From Bradymonadales bacterium (GTDB lineage Bacteria > Bdellovibrionota > UBA2394): DNA of 64,000 nt. Under the pieces are notes generated by a model. The model was not told where the DNA came from. It worked only from the letters and a program-made list of their open reading frames with translations, and searched no databases. The translations under genes were made by a program, and so were the position numbers. Positions within the stretch are counted from its first letter, which is position 1, and the number at the start of each line of letters is the position of its first letter. Below are positions 1 through 9,634 of this stretch, one piece after another. The stretch is taken from assembly GCA_007693605.1 (NCBI GenBank), contig REDG01000056.1, forward strand, positions 4,358 to 68,357, in the 5' to 3' direction.

Positions 1-943
1 GGAGAGGAATGGCCGATAGAACGCTGGCAAGCATTTGGCTCGCAGGGTTTGTAATCGCATCCAGCTGAAGGGCATTGAGCGAAGCGATTAAAACCGGAAT
101 GAGTATGACCACATAGAGGAAGAATCCGATCAATTCAGACAAACGATATTGTCCGAGAATGTTGTCAATCGAGGCTCGCCTGCTCAGTTCATTTACCCCG
201 ATTGATTCAAGCAGCTTAGAGCTGATTCCCTGAACAATCTTTGCCGCAAAGAAGCCAATCAGAGCGATCAATCCGGCCGCCAAGATGTTCGGAATAAAGG
301 CCAAAGTCTTTTCCAACATGGCTTTTACTGGGTTGAGAAGCCCCTCTAGGGCCAGTCCCTCTAAGATTGCGGGCAGAAACAAAATGAAAACGAGCCAATA
401 AAGTGTGATGGAGATGGACTTGCTCAGCGACTGAGACTTTGAGTAGCCCGCCTTCTCGCCAACCCGCTTATCTAGATTAATCGTTGTTAAAACTCGGTGA
501 CTCAATGCCTTTATGAGTGAAGCCAGTATCCAAGCAACAACCAGTAAGATCGCAGGCCCTAAAATTCTAGGAATATAGGCTAAGATCTGAGTGAGAAGTT
601 CGTTCAAGGGCTCTGTCACGATGCTCAGCTTCATGACATCAAAGAAGGCCACTAACACAAAGAGCATGATCAGATACCGGACGGCCCTCGATATCCAAAG
701 GGGGCCATCAATGCTTTTGGTAGTTTGAGACGGAGAGCCGCCTTCCGGATCAAGGGCTTTCTGAAGGCGGTCGTTGAACTTCAAAGTCTCTAGCGCCTTC
801 TTAAGGATGATAGAGACGACTACGGCGATAAGATAACCAACAATTAAAACGGAGAGTGCGCCCAAAAGATTGGGAGCAAACTTGATCACATCTTGCAAAA
901 TCTCTTCCCCGTAATTCTTTAGGTATTCGAGCTGTTCGGTCAT
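1..943 (-). CDS. Partial CDS (3' end beyond window): membrane protein with repeated 'conserved TM helix' units (MscS-associated TM_helix-like)
   Basis: ATG at 943 on the minus strand. I translated it by hand as an open frame to the window edge: MTEQLEYLKNYGEEILQDVIKFAPNLLGALSVLIVGYLIAVV... It has repeated hydrophobic helices with LxxLGI-type motifs. It is absent from the ORF track because no stop falls inside the window. Confidence 0.55.
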   Translation of the reverse strand, partial: MTEQLEYLKNYGEEILQDVIKFAPNLLGALSVLIVGYLIAVVVSIILKKALETLKFNDRLQKALDPEGGSPSQTTKSIDGPLWISRAVRYLIMLFVLVAFFDVMKLSIVTEPLNELLTQILAYIPRILGPAILLVVAWILASLIKALSHRVLTTINLDKRVGEKAGYSKSQSLSKSISITLYWLVFILFLPAILEGLALEGLLNPVKAMLEKTLAFIPNILAAGLIALIGFFAAKIVQGISSKLLESIGVNELSRRASIDNILGQYRLSELIGFFLYVVILIPVLIASLNALQLDAITNPASQMLASVLSAIPL

Positions 944-1149
944 CCGGATCTCCTTCTTGTTAAGTCAAGGGATGAAAAGATCGCCAACATCAGATCTCGA
1001 GATTCCTTGTTTGAACCCGCTGCTCCACTCTCTTGTCTTCCCTACTATAAGGAAGTCTTCAAGTTCGACTCCTGCTTGTCAACCTCAGCTTCACTTGAAG
1101 TGCTTCAACTCGACAGCTTTATTTTTTTTGTTAGCCTCCGTGAGTTGTT

Positions 1150-1791
1150 ATGGGACTAGAAGATAGACTTTTGTCGGACTTTCTAGAGCTTCTTCCCCGG
1201 TTACTTGGAGCGCTTCTTTGTCTGATATTGGGCTGGGGCCTGGCCGAATGGGCAGGTCGGGTCTCCCGCCGACTCTTAAAGAGATTTAAACTAGACGATT
1301 TGTCAGAGGAGTCTGGTTTTGACAGCTTTCTGATCGAGAGCGGAATTCGTCAGACAGCGTCTGGTTTGGTCTCCGTATTTCTTTACTGGGCTATTTTGAT
1401 CGGATTCATTCTTGCGTCAATTCACATCCTCGGAATTGATGCCGCTGGAGTTTTGTTTGTTCGCTTTGCGGTTTACTTGCCCCAAGTGCTTGTGGCTTTG
1501 GTTGTTCTGGTGGTGGGTATCTTATTGGCAAGATTTGTGCGGTCGGCCAGCTTCAGCTATTTGAACAAGATTCAGGCGCAAGGAGCCAGGGTGATCAGCT
1601 TTGCCGCCTTTGTCGCGATCATTGTTTTTACCGTGTCTATTACTTTAGAGACGCTTGGGATTGGGGGTCCGATCCTGGTGTCGGCTTTTCAAATTGTCTT
1701 CGGATCGATTTGTCTCGCCTTTGCGATCGCCTTTGGACTGGGTGGACGCCATTGGGCGGGTGGTGTCGTGGAGAGGTTGCTCAAGAAGTGA
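1150..1791 (+). CDS. Membrane protein with TM_helix repeats; paralog of the divergent upstream gene
   Basis: 213-aa ORF with the same repeat architecture (…LLGALLCLILGWGLAEWAGRV…, …ILGIDAAGVLFV…). It is divergently oriented from the 1..943 gene across a roughly 200-bp promoter region. Confidence 0.5.
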   Translation: MGLEDRLLSDFLELLPRLLGALLCLILGWGLAEWAGRVSRRLLKRFKLDDLSEESGFDSFLIESGIRQTASGLVSVFLYWAILIGFILASIHILGIDAAGVLFVRFAVYLPQVLVALVVLVVGILLARFVRSASFSYLNKIQAQGARVISFAAFVAIIVFTVSITLETLGIGGPILVSAFQIVFGSICLAFAIAFGLGGRHWAGGVVERLLKK

Positions 1792-2621
1792 TTGTCGACT
1801 GTCACACGCATTTGAACTACTATTCAGACGAGAATCAGGCCGCGCTTCCTAAAACTCTCGACACTCTAAAGCTTGAAATGAAGCGAAATCGAATCGATTT
1901 TGCTCTGACCCTGACCTCCTACAAGGAGCTTCCTGGAAGGCCGACCACCAAAGAGGTGGTGGAGGCGACAAGAGACATTCCTTATATTTATGTGATCGCA
2001 GGTGTAAGCTATTATATTCATGATCAGAAGTATCTGGATGAGATTCGAGAGTATATCCAAAGTGGAAAGGTTCGAGGCTTAAAGTTCTATTGCGGCTATG
2101 AGCCTTTTTTTCCCAATGACGAGAAAATGAGGCCAGCGGTTGAGTTGGCTGAAGAATTTGATATCCCACTGTTGATTCACTGCGGAGATACATTCTCTCC
2201 TAAAGGCAAATTGAAATTCTCTCATCCGCTTCATGTTGACGAGCTTGCTGTAGACCACCCCAAGTTGAAGATTGTGATTTGCCATTTAGGAAATCCCTGG
2301 ATCAGAGATTGTATGGAGGTCGTCTACAAGAACAAGAATGTTTATACCGACATTTCAGGTCTTGTGTTGGGAGATTTTTCAGATCGATTTGAGCGGTATA
2401 TGGTGAAGCAACTTCAAGAAATGCTTCTGTACGGAGTGGAGCCCGATCGGGTCTTGTATGGCACAGACTTCCCCATTTCGTCGATGTCCAGCTATCTGGA
2501 GTTTATTCGGCAGCTGAAGTTGCCCCAGGACGACCTGAAAAAAATTCTTTCAGAAAACTCGATGCAGCTCTTTAAGCTGAAGGCTTCAGATTCTCCCTTG
2601 AGTGGTGGGCGAGGCTACTAG
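1710..2621 (+). CDS. Amidohydrolase-2 family (TIM-barrel metal-dependent hydrolase)
   Basis: Motifs CHTHLNYY, LIHCGDT, ICHLGNPW and LYGTDFP. The true start is probably further downstream (a GTG near 1779-1790), because the ORF-track start overlaps the preceding gene by about 80 nt. Confidence 0.6.
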   Translation: MSRLCDRLWTGWTPLGGWCRGEVAQEVIVDCHTHLNYYSDENQAALPKTLDTLKLEMKRNRIDFALTLTSYKELPGRPTTKEVVEATRDIPYIYVIAGVSYYIHDQKYLDEIREYIQSGKVRGLKFYCGYEPFFPNDEKMRPAVELAEEFDIPLLIHCGDTFSPKGKLKFSHPLHVDELAVDHPKLKIVICHLGNPWIRDCMEVVYKNKNVYTDISGLVLGDFSDRFERYMVKQLQEMLLYGVEPDRVLYGTDFPISSMSSYLEFIRQLKLPQDDLKKILSENSMQLFKLKASDSPLSGGRGY

Positions 2622-2770
2622 AGGCATGTCCCTTCGGGCTGAAGGGGATTGTCGCCAAACTCTCGCTCGGGAGTGTCGATAAAGGCCTGAAGGGCGGTTT
2701 AACCTAATCCTAGCAGTCTTTTATTATAACAATGATTCGTGTATAGAGAGAGAGGGCGTAGACTTAAAGT

Positions 2771-3646
2771 ATGAGTCGCGGTTTTCGAGGGAACCCCATG
2801 AAGCAAGTCTTGAAATCTAAATTTACAGGCAGTTTAGATCGTACCTATCTTCGATGGAAGTCTTGGACTCATCAGAATCGTGGGAGATTCGTGCCCAAGC
2901 TTTTGATTGATTTTTCAGTCGGAGAGTATCGGGTTCGCACGGTTTCTAATATCTCCGATTTACAGCGCGTTCTCAGGCTTCGTTATGAGGTGTTTATACG
3001 AGAGGGCCTAAACAAAAACAGAGCTTTAAAGCTAGATCTTGATGCTTATGATTTCTTGGCCGACCATTTGGTTGTTGAGAATCGAGAGACAGGCGAGATT
3101 CTGGGAACCTACCGAATCATCAGCTCTCTCTTTTCGGATCGATTCTATTCTGAAAACGAGTTCGAGCTGGGCGATCTCTTGAGGCGACCAGGACACAAAC
3201 TTGAACTGGGGCGAGCTTGTATTCGCCCCCAATATCGAACGGGAGCGATCATTGCTCTGCTCTGGAGGGGCGTGAAGCAATATATGGACGCTACACAGAC
3301 CCGCTATATGTTCGGCTGTGCCAGCATAAAGACCATGAGTCTTGAAAAAATCAGTTTGATTTATCATTACTTGATGGAGAAGGGGCACTTCTCTAGTGAG
3401 TTTAGAATTGTGCCGACCGAAGAGTTTCGAATCCGATCTCTAGGAAATGGCCCAGCCTTCGCGCTAAGTGATAGTGCAGAGCTAAGATCCCTCATTCCTA
3501 GCCTTTTGAGGTCATATTTCAAGGCTGGGGCGGTTGTCGTCGGAGAGCCTGCCCTTGACTCCGAGTTTCAGTGCATTGATTTTCTGACGATTTTAGACAC
3601 TCAAAAGCTTGAGGGCTCTTACGAAAAGCGCTTCAGTAAGGCGTGA
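2771..3646 (+). CDS. olsB: OlsB-type N-acyltransferase (hemolysin-like GNAT; lyso-ornithine/aminolipid N-acyltransferase)
   Basis: LQRVLRLRYEVFIREGL…DLDAYDFLADHLVV matches the hallmark of OlsB/GlsB N-acyl amino acid synthases (Acetyltransf_5). 291 aa, a typical size. Confidence 0.55.
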   Translation: MSRGFRGNPMKQVLKSKFTGSLDRTYLRWKSWTHQNRGRFVPKLLIDFSVGEYRVRTVSNISDLQRVLRLRYEVFIREGLNKNRALKLDLDAYDFLADHLVVENRETGEILGTYRIISSLFSDRFYSENEFELGDLLRRPGHKLELGRACIRPQYRTGAIIALLWRGVKQYMDATQTRYMFGCASIKTMSLEKISLIYHYLMEKGHFSSEFRIVPTEEFRIRSLGNGPAFALSDSAELRSLIPSLLRSYFKAGAVVVGEPALDSEFQCIDFLTILDTQKLEGSYEKRFSKA

Positions 3647-4449
3647 AATTTTTCAGCCTTTCAAAGCTCTTGGGCGTGGTCTTAGTCATTGCGTTGCAGT
3701 GGATTTTTGGCCTCCTTTTGCAGGCCGTTCTCTTTGCCTTTCCAGATCAAAAACGACGGGCTCAAATTCGGGTGACGCATCACTTGAGTCAAATGGCACT
3801 TTTCTTTCTGGGAATTCGGGTTCACAGGAGTGTAGAGTTTCCGGAAAGGGCGAGGAAGAAGGCAGGTAGGCTTATCGTTTCCAATCACCTGTCTTATACC
3901 GATGTCTTGGTCTTGTCGGCCGAGCGACCCCTGGTCTTTGTGACCTCCATGGATGTCAAGGAGACCCCAATTCTTGGCAGAACCTGCGCTTTCGGAGGAA
4001 GCTTTTTTGTGGAGAGAAGAAACGCTTCGAGGCTGCGCGAGGAGCTTCGAGGCCTCAGGGATCTGCTTGCGTCGGGCTTTGACTTGGCCGTTTTTCCAGA
4101 GGCGACTAGCTCCGACGGCATGCAAGTTCTGGAGTTTAAGAGGGCTCTCTTTCAAGTCTTGGCGGGCCAAGATCGGTTGTTGTTGCCAGCCTCTATTGCC
4201 TTTGTCGAGTCAGAAGGCCGGGCCTTAAATCGAAGAGATCAGGAGAGTTTCGCTTACTACGGGAGTAAGAGCTTCTTCAGTCATTTGCTCCAGCTCGTGA
4301 AGAGATGGGGTAGTGTCGTTCGATTGAGTTATCTAGACCCGATCTCCTGTCAGGCCTATAGCAGTGCTGACTTGGCTACGATGACTCAAGGGCAAATCTC
4401 TGGCTCGTATCTGGCGAGCTTTGAAAGTCCAGGGCCCGAAGAACCATGA
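3643..4449 (+). CDS. olsA: PlsC-family lysophospholipid O-acyltransferase (OlsA-like)
   Basis: HX4D-type motif SNHLSYTDVLV plus an FPEATSS block. The GTG start overlaps the olsB stop (GTGA), and the gene sits directly downstream of the OlsB-like gene. Confidence 0.5.
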   Translation: MKFFSLSKLLGVVLVIALQWIFGLLLQAVLFAFPDQKRRAQIRVTHHLSQMALFFLGIRVHRSVEFPERARKKAGRLIVSNHLSYTDVLVLSAERPLVFVTSMDVKETPILGRTCAFGGSFFVERRNASRLREELRGLRDLLASGFDLAVFPEATSSDGMQVLEFKRALFQVLAGQDRLLLPASIAFVESEGRALNRRDQESFAYYGSKSFFSHLLQLVKRWGSVVRLSYLDPISCQAYSSADLATMTQGQISGSYLASFESPGPEEP

Positions 4450-4494
4450 AAAGCTCTTTGATTTTCGACCCAAACTCCAGTCTGATGCAATCTT

Positions 4495-6336
4495 ATGTCT
4501 TTTAGAAATCTTTGTATCATCGCTCATGTGGATCATGGGAAGACAACTCTTGTTGATCATTTGTTGAGGCAAGCCGGCAGCTTCAAAAGCCATGAAAGCC
4601 TGGACGATCGAGTGATGGACTCTATGGATCTTGAGAAAGAACGGGGCATTACCATTCAAGCGAAGAACGCCGCAATTCGCCTCGACCAGGTCAAGGTTAA
4701 TTTGGTCGACACCCCAGGCCACGCCGACTTTGGTGGAGAGGTGGAGAGAATTCTCTCGATGGTAGATTCTGCACTTCTTTTGGTCGACGCAGCCGAGGGT
4801 CCACTTCCTCAAACTCGTTTTGTTCTGCAGAAGGCTCTCGAAAGAAACTTCAAACCCATTGTGGTGGTGAACAAGGTCGATCGTCCCGAGTGTCGTGACG
4901 GAAGGCGAGTCAAAGAGGTGATCAATCAGATCTTTGACCTGTTCGTTGAGTTGGGAGCAACGGACGAGCAGGCAAACTTTCCGATGCTCTATGCCTGCGC
5001 CAAAGAGGGATGGTGCTGCTCTTCATGGGAAGAGGCAGAGAGCCTGATTGAGGACCCCCGATCGGGGAGCTTGCGACCTCTCTTTCAACTCATTTTGGAG
5101 AAGGTGCCGCCACCTGAGGTCTCGTCGGCTACGGCCTTTCAAATGATGGTTTCAAATTTGGGGTACTCTGATTTTGTTGGAGAGCTTGCGATTGGGCGGG
5201 TCTACTCCGGCAGTCTGCAGCTCAATGACCGGATTTTTCGGCAGGGCCAGGAGCAATCAGAGAGCTTTCAAGTCATTCGTTTGTATACCTACGATGGGCT
5301 TCGACAGGTGGAAGTGAGGTCCTTGGAGGCCGGTGATATTGGAATCGTGTCTGGGTGTAAGAACTTTGAGATCGGAGACACACTCACTTCTGACGAAAGC
5401 TTAGAGCCCCTGCAACGAATCCGCGTTGAAAGCCCAAGTGTTGGGATGATCTTCGCAGTGAACACCTCGGCCTTCGCCGGGCTAGAGGGTAAGCCTCTTT
5501 TGTCGAGAGCTTTGGGCGAGAGGCTTCACAGAGAGGCGAAAAAGAATGTGGCGCTTCGAGTAGAGGCGACAGAGAATCCAGATCAGTTTCGAGTTTTGGG
5601 TCGAGGCGAGCTCCAATTTGCTATTTTGATCGAACAGATGCGACGAGAGGGTTTCGAGTTTTCAGTTGGCAAGCCCCTTGTTCTCTTTCGTGGAGAGGGC
5701 GATCAACGAGAAGAGCCCCTCGAGCGAGTGGTGATTGATTTGCCTCAAGACTATGCCAGTGAAGTGACGGCGCTCTATCAAGAACGGAGAGGGATACTCC
5801 AATCTTACGATCAGTTGGAAAGCTTAGGTCGGGTCAGGCTTGTTTTTGAGATTCCCACCAGATCTCTTTTGGGAACCCGTTCTCGCTTTTTGAGTTTAAC
5901 GCGAGGGGAGGGCCTTTTGAGTTCTGAGTTGATTGGATACACTCCTGTTCGTGGGGACAGTTTTCAGCGAACGACTGGCGCCATGGTGGCCGATCGAAGG
6001 GGAGTGGTGACCGAGTACGCGCTAAGAAATCTCGAAGATCGGGGGGTCTTTTTCGTTCAGCCCGGAACACAGGTCTACGAGGGCATGATCGTGGGTGAGA
6101 ACAACAAAGAGACCGATCTGAATGTGAATGTGTGCCGAGAAAAAAAGTTGAGCAATGTAAGGGCAACTCATGGCACAGCGCTGGAGCATTTGCATGGCAT
6201 CAGAGAGATGTCATTAGAAGATGCCATGGAGTGGATCGAATCAGATGAGTATATTGAGGTGACTCCAAAGATGATAAGAATTAGAAAGAAAGTCTTGGCG
6301 GCGAATCAACGAGGAGTGCACAAGGAAGGCGTTTAA
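4495..6336 (+). CDS. typA: Translational GTPase TypA/BipA
   Basis: IIAHVDHGKTTLVD G1 motif, DTPGHADF, NKVDR. 613 aa, full-length BipA architecture. Confidence 0.9.
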   Translation: MSFRNLCIIAHVDHGKTTLVDHLLRQAGSFKSHESLDDRVMDSMDLEKERGITIQAKNAAIRLDQVKVNLVDTPGHADFGGEVERILSMVDSALLLVDAAEGPLPQTRFVLQKALERNFKPIVVVNKVDRPECRDGRRVKEVINQIFDLFVELGATDEQANFPMLYACAKEGWCCSSWEEAESLIEDPRSGSLRPLFQLILEKVPPPEVSSATAFQMMVSNLGYSDFVGELAIGRVYSGSLQLNDRIFRQGQEQSESFQVIRLYTYDGLRQVEVRSLEAGDIGIVSGCKNFEIGDTLTSDESLEPLQRIRVESPSVGMIFAVNTSAFAGLEGKPLLSRALGERLHREAKKNVALRVEATENPDQFRVLGRGELQFAILIEQMRREGFEFSVGKPLVLFRGEGDQREEPLERVVIDLPQDYASEVTALYQERRGILQSYDQLESLGRVRLVFEIPTRSLLGTRSRFLSLTRGEGLLSSELIGYTPVRGDSFQRTTGAMVADRRGVVTEYALRNLEDRGVFFVQPGTQVYEGMIVGENNKETDLNVNVCREKKLSNVRATHGTALEHLHGIREMSLEDAMEWIESDEYIEVTPKMIRIRKKVLAANQRGVHKEGV

Positions 6337-6343
6337 ATCAAGC

Positions 6344-8404
6344 ATGCAAGATCAGCCCAGAGAAAGACCTCAACCCCCAATCCCTAAGAAGCTGCCCACT
6401 AAGCTAGTACACCTTGGCGTTGAGAGAATGGACGAATACGCCTGGATGAAAGAGAGAGACCATCCTGATGTGTTGGAGCATCTTCGTCTGGAGAATGAGT
6501 ATACCAAAAAGAGTCTGGAGCCCGTTCAAGATCTGGAGGAGTCCCTTTTTAAAGAGATCGTTGGCCGAATAAAGAAGAGAGACGAGTCCGTTCCTTATCG
6601 AGATCGTGGGGCCTATTTTTACACACGGTTTACTGAAGAGGCTGAGTATTTGATCTATTGCCGAAAGCGGGGGAGTTTAGACTCAAAGGAAGAGATTCTG
6701 ATCGATACGAATTTGAGGGCAAAGGGCCATGAGTACTATAGCTGCGGCTCGGTGAGTGTAAATGCGAGCGGAAAAATACTGGCTTTTGCCGAAGACACCC
6801 AAGGCAGACGAATCTATACCATCTTTTTTAAAGACCTAGAGACTCAAGAGATTCTGGAAAAGAAGATTCCAGAGGTCACAGGCAATTTAGTTTGGTCCGA
6901 GCAAGAAGACTCGCTTTTCTATACCAAGCAAGACCTAGAGACTCTGCGATGGAATCAGGTGTTTCGATTCAGCTTGAATACCGGAGAGTCTGAGCTGGTG
7001 TTTGAAGAGAAAGACGATCGATTCTATCTGAGTCTGTCAAAGACTCTGACGGATCGGTTTATTCTGATTGAGACAGAGAGTAAGGTGACAACTGAAACTT
7101 GGCTCATTCCGGCAGATCAGCCTGAACATCCGCCTCAAATTTTTCTGCCCAGAATCGAGGGGCATGAGTATGCCATTGAAGATGGCATCGACAGCTTTTT
7201 TGTCTTAAGTAATCTCGAAGCGAAAAACTTTAGAGTGATGAAAACGAATCTCGGCGAGCAAAAACTTGAGAACTGGCAAGAGGTGGTTCCTCATCGAGAC
7301 GAAGTCTATCTGGAAGACATCGAGGTATACAAAGACTTTATATTCTTGCAAGAGAGAGAGAGAGGTCTTTCTCAGCTGCGATTGATTTCTAGAACAAGCG
7401 GAGAAGATCGATACCTTGAATTTCCAGACGCTGCTTACTTGGCAGAGTCAGACATTAACTCAGAATATGAGACCAGAAAGTTTCGTTATTCTTATGAGTC
7501 GATGACTAGGCCCGAATCCGTTTTTGAGTATGACTGGGATTCTCAACAATCAAATCTTTTGAAGCAAGACGAGGTGCTTGGAGGCTACGAGCCAGAAGAT
7601 TATGTGTCAGAAAGGATCGAGATTCACGCGCGAGATGGTGTGCAGGTTCCGATTTCGCTGGTGCGGCGTCGTAGTACCAAGCCCTCTAAAGCGACCCCCC
7701 TTTTGATTTTGGGCTATGGTTCTTATGGTCTTAGTGAAGAACCAGACTTCAGTTTATCAAGACTCAGTCTTTTAGATCGTGGGTTCATTGTGGCAGTTGC
7801 GCATATTCGAGGCGGCTCAGAGATGGGCCGACATTGGTATGATGACGGAAAGTTTTTGAAAAAGTGGAATACTTTTTTTGATTTTATAGACTGCACAGAA
7901 GCTCTTTTAAGTCGAGGCTACAGCTCGACTGAGCACTGTTATGCGATGGGGGCGAGTGCAGGGGGCTTGTTGATGGGAGCGGCAATGAACACCCGGCCAG
8001 ATCTCTATCATGGCGTGATCGCGGGCGTTCCCTTTGTCGATGTCATCAATACGATGCTCGACAAGAGCCTGCCTCTGACAACGAATGAGTATGAAGAGTG
8101 GGGAAATCCTGACGACGAGAAATATTTTCGATATATGCTTTCTTATTCGCCCTACGACAATGTTAAGCCCCAAGCCTATCCCCATCTGCTGGTCACATCG
8201 GGTTATCACGACTCTCAAGTTCAGTACTGGGAGCCCACGAAATGGGTGGCTCGGCTGCGTGATGTGAAAACCAACGACAGTCTCTGCCTCCTTTATACGG
8301 ATCTGTCGGTGGGCCATGCTGGGCCTTCGGGCCGCTTCGAGGGCTATCGCTTGATTGCGAAAGAATTCGCCTTTCTATTGCTTCTGGAGGGCCCTGAACT
8401 TTAG
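6344..8404 (+). CDS. ptrB: S9A prolyl oligopeptidase family; oligopeptidase B-like
   Basis: N-terminal beta-propeller region plus a C-terminal catalytic domain, with GASAGGLLMGA around the nucleophilic Ser and downstream Asp/His blocks. 686 aa. Confidence 0.75.
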   Translation: MQDQPRERPQPPIPKKLPTKLVHLGVERMDEYAWMKERDHPDVLEHLRLENEYTKKSLEPVQDLEESLFKEIVGRIKKRDESVPYRDRGAYFYTRFTEEAEYLIYCRKRGSLDSKEEILIDTNLRAKGHEYYSCGSVSVNASGKILAFAEDTQGRRIYTIFFKDLETQEILEKKIPEVTGNLVWSEQEDSLFYTKQDLETLRWNQVFRFSLNTGESELVFEEKDDRFYLSLSKTLTDRFILIETESKVTTETWLIPADQPEHPPQIFLPRIEGHEYAIEDGIDSFFVLSNLEAKNFRVMKTNLGEQKLENWQEVVPHRDEVYLEDIEVYKDFIFLQERERGLSQLRLISRTSGEDRYLEFPDAAYLAESDINSEYETRKFRYSYESMTRPESVFEYDWDSQQSNLLKQDEVLGGYEPEDYVSERIEIHARDGVQVPISLVRRRSTKPSKATPLLILGYGSYGLSEEPDFSLSRLSLLDRGFIVAVAHIRGGSEMGRHWYDDGKFLKKWNTFFDFIDCTEALLSRGYSSTEHCYAMGASAGGLLMGAAMNTRPDLYHGVIAGVPFVDVINTMLDKSLPLTTNEYEEWGNPDDEKYFRYMLSYSPYDNVKPQAYPHLLVTSGYHDSQVQYWEPTKWVARLRDVKTNDSLCLLYTDLSVGHAGPSGRFEGYRLIAKEFAFLLLLEGPEL

Positions 8405-8467
8405 GCCGGGTTTCCGCCCTGGCTTTGGCGTCTTGATTCTATTCTGATCTGTGCTAGAAGCCCAAGA

Positions 8468-9634
8468 ATGAAGCTTGGGGCATTGCTTTCGATCCTTTTA
8501 TTGCTTGGTTCAGAGGGGCTTCTGGCCGGAGCGGAAACCGACACGAATGAGTCGCGAAAACTCCGAGTTTTGACCTTCTTTGAGCCATCTCTTCATAATC
8601 CCACCGAAAACAGCCCAGCGGGTCTTGGAGTCGATCTTGCCTTGGTAGAGGCTGAGAGAGAAGTGGAGGTCATTCACTATCGAGCCAGTCGAAATGTTTC
8701 TGAGCTGGCGATACAGGTGAGTGAGGCGATTGAGCAGCACCGGCCCAGCTTTATCATTGGGGGTCTCACTTCAAATTCGGCCTTCGTGATTGGGGATGTT
8801 GCAGAGTCTAACAAGATTCCTATGATCACTCCCTTGGCCACCCACCCAGCCATTACCGAGAACAGGAACTACAGTTTTCGCGTGTGTTTTGATGATCATT
8901 ATCAGGCCGATCAACTTGCAAGCTTGATCGGGGAAGATCGATCATTGAGTCGTGGCCTGATTCTCTTTAATACGACAGAGACATTTTCTGTCGGCTTTCA
9001 GCGGGCCTTTGAGGCTTCCGCCCAGAGATGGGGAATTCAAGAGCTTCACTCTAAGGGCTTCTCGGATGAAAAAGAGCTCACAGACTCTGTGATTAAAGGC
9101 TTACTTGAGTCAAAGCCCCAGTTTGTTGTGATTCCTTCTTACAGCGTCGAGGTCGCGGCCATTCTATCTCGATTTTTTCGGATCGGTGCAACTGATCTTG
9201 AGTTCTTTGGGCCTGACAGTTGGGGAACTGGAGAGCTGATTTTTCGGAGTTTCTCGGATTCGACTGAAGCTTCACCGAAGGCTTTCTTTCTCTCTCACTG
9301 GGCAAGAGAGTATCAGTCGGAGTCGAATCTTCGGTTCTTGGAGCTTTTGGGAAGGCCTGAAGTGCAAGAAAGGCTTTCGCGGCAATCAGGCGGCCTCTCT
9401 CAAGCGGTTGCCTTGGCTTTTGATTCCATGAATGCCGTGTTGGCCGCGGTGGAGATTAAAGAGTCGAAGGGCTTAAATGCAAAAAGGGCTTTGAGCCAGG
9501 TCAGTTTTGAGGGGGCGACAGGCCAAATCAAGCTGGAGACCGGCAGCTCAACCAAAGAAGGTGTTCAAGTTTATCAGTTTAGCTCACAGGGTCCTCAATT
9601 TTATAAGAGTCTCATGCGGGCGCAGCCTCAATGA
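8468..9634 (+). CDS. Periplasmic ligand-binding protein (Peripla_BP_6, Leu/Ile/Val-binding-like) with signal peptide
   Basis: Signal peptide MKLGALLSILLLLGSEGLLAGA and a two-lobe PBP-like composition. It is translationally coupled (ATGA) to the downstream histidine kinase. Confidence 0.5.
   Translation: MKLGALLSILLLLGSEGLLAGAETDTNESRKLRVLTFFEPSLHNPTENSPAGLGVDLALVEAEREVEVIHYRASRNVSELAIQVSEAIEQHRPSFIIGGLTSNSAFVIGDVAESNKIPMITPLATHPAITENRNYSFRVCFDDHYQADQLASLIGEDRSLSRGLILFNTTETFSVGFQRAFEASAQRWGIQELHSKGFSDEKELTDSVIKGLLESKPQFVVIPSYSVEVAAILSRFFRIGATDLEFFGPDSWGTGELIFRSFSDSTEASPKAFFLSHWAREYQSESNLRFLELLGRPEVQERLSRQSGGLSQAVALAFDSMNAVLAAVEIKESKGLNAKRALSQVSFEGATGQIKLETGSSTKEGVQVYQFSSQGPQFYKSLMRAQPQ

Noticed and set aside
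3682-4170. 162-aa minus-strand ORF inside the olsA-like gene, plus the smaller 3609-4228 ORFs
   Set aside because: They are antisense or overlapping the motif-bearing acyltransferase frame. I see no independent support.
5834-6166. 110-aa minus-strand ORF inside typA
   Set aside because: It is a shadow ORF opposite a highly conserved GTPase frame.
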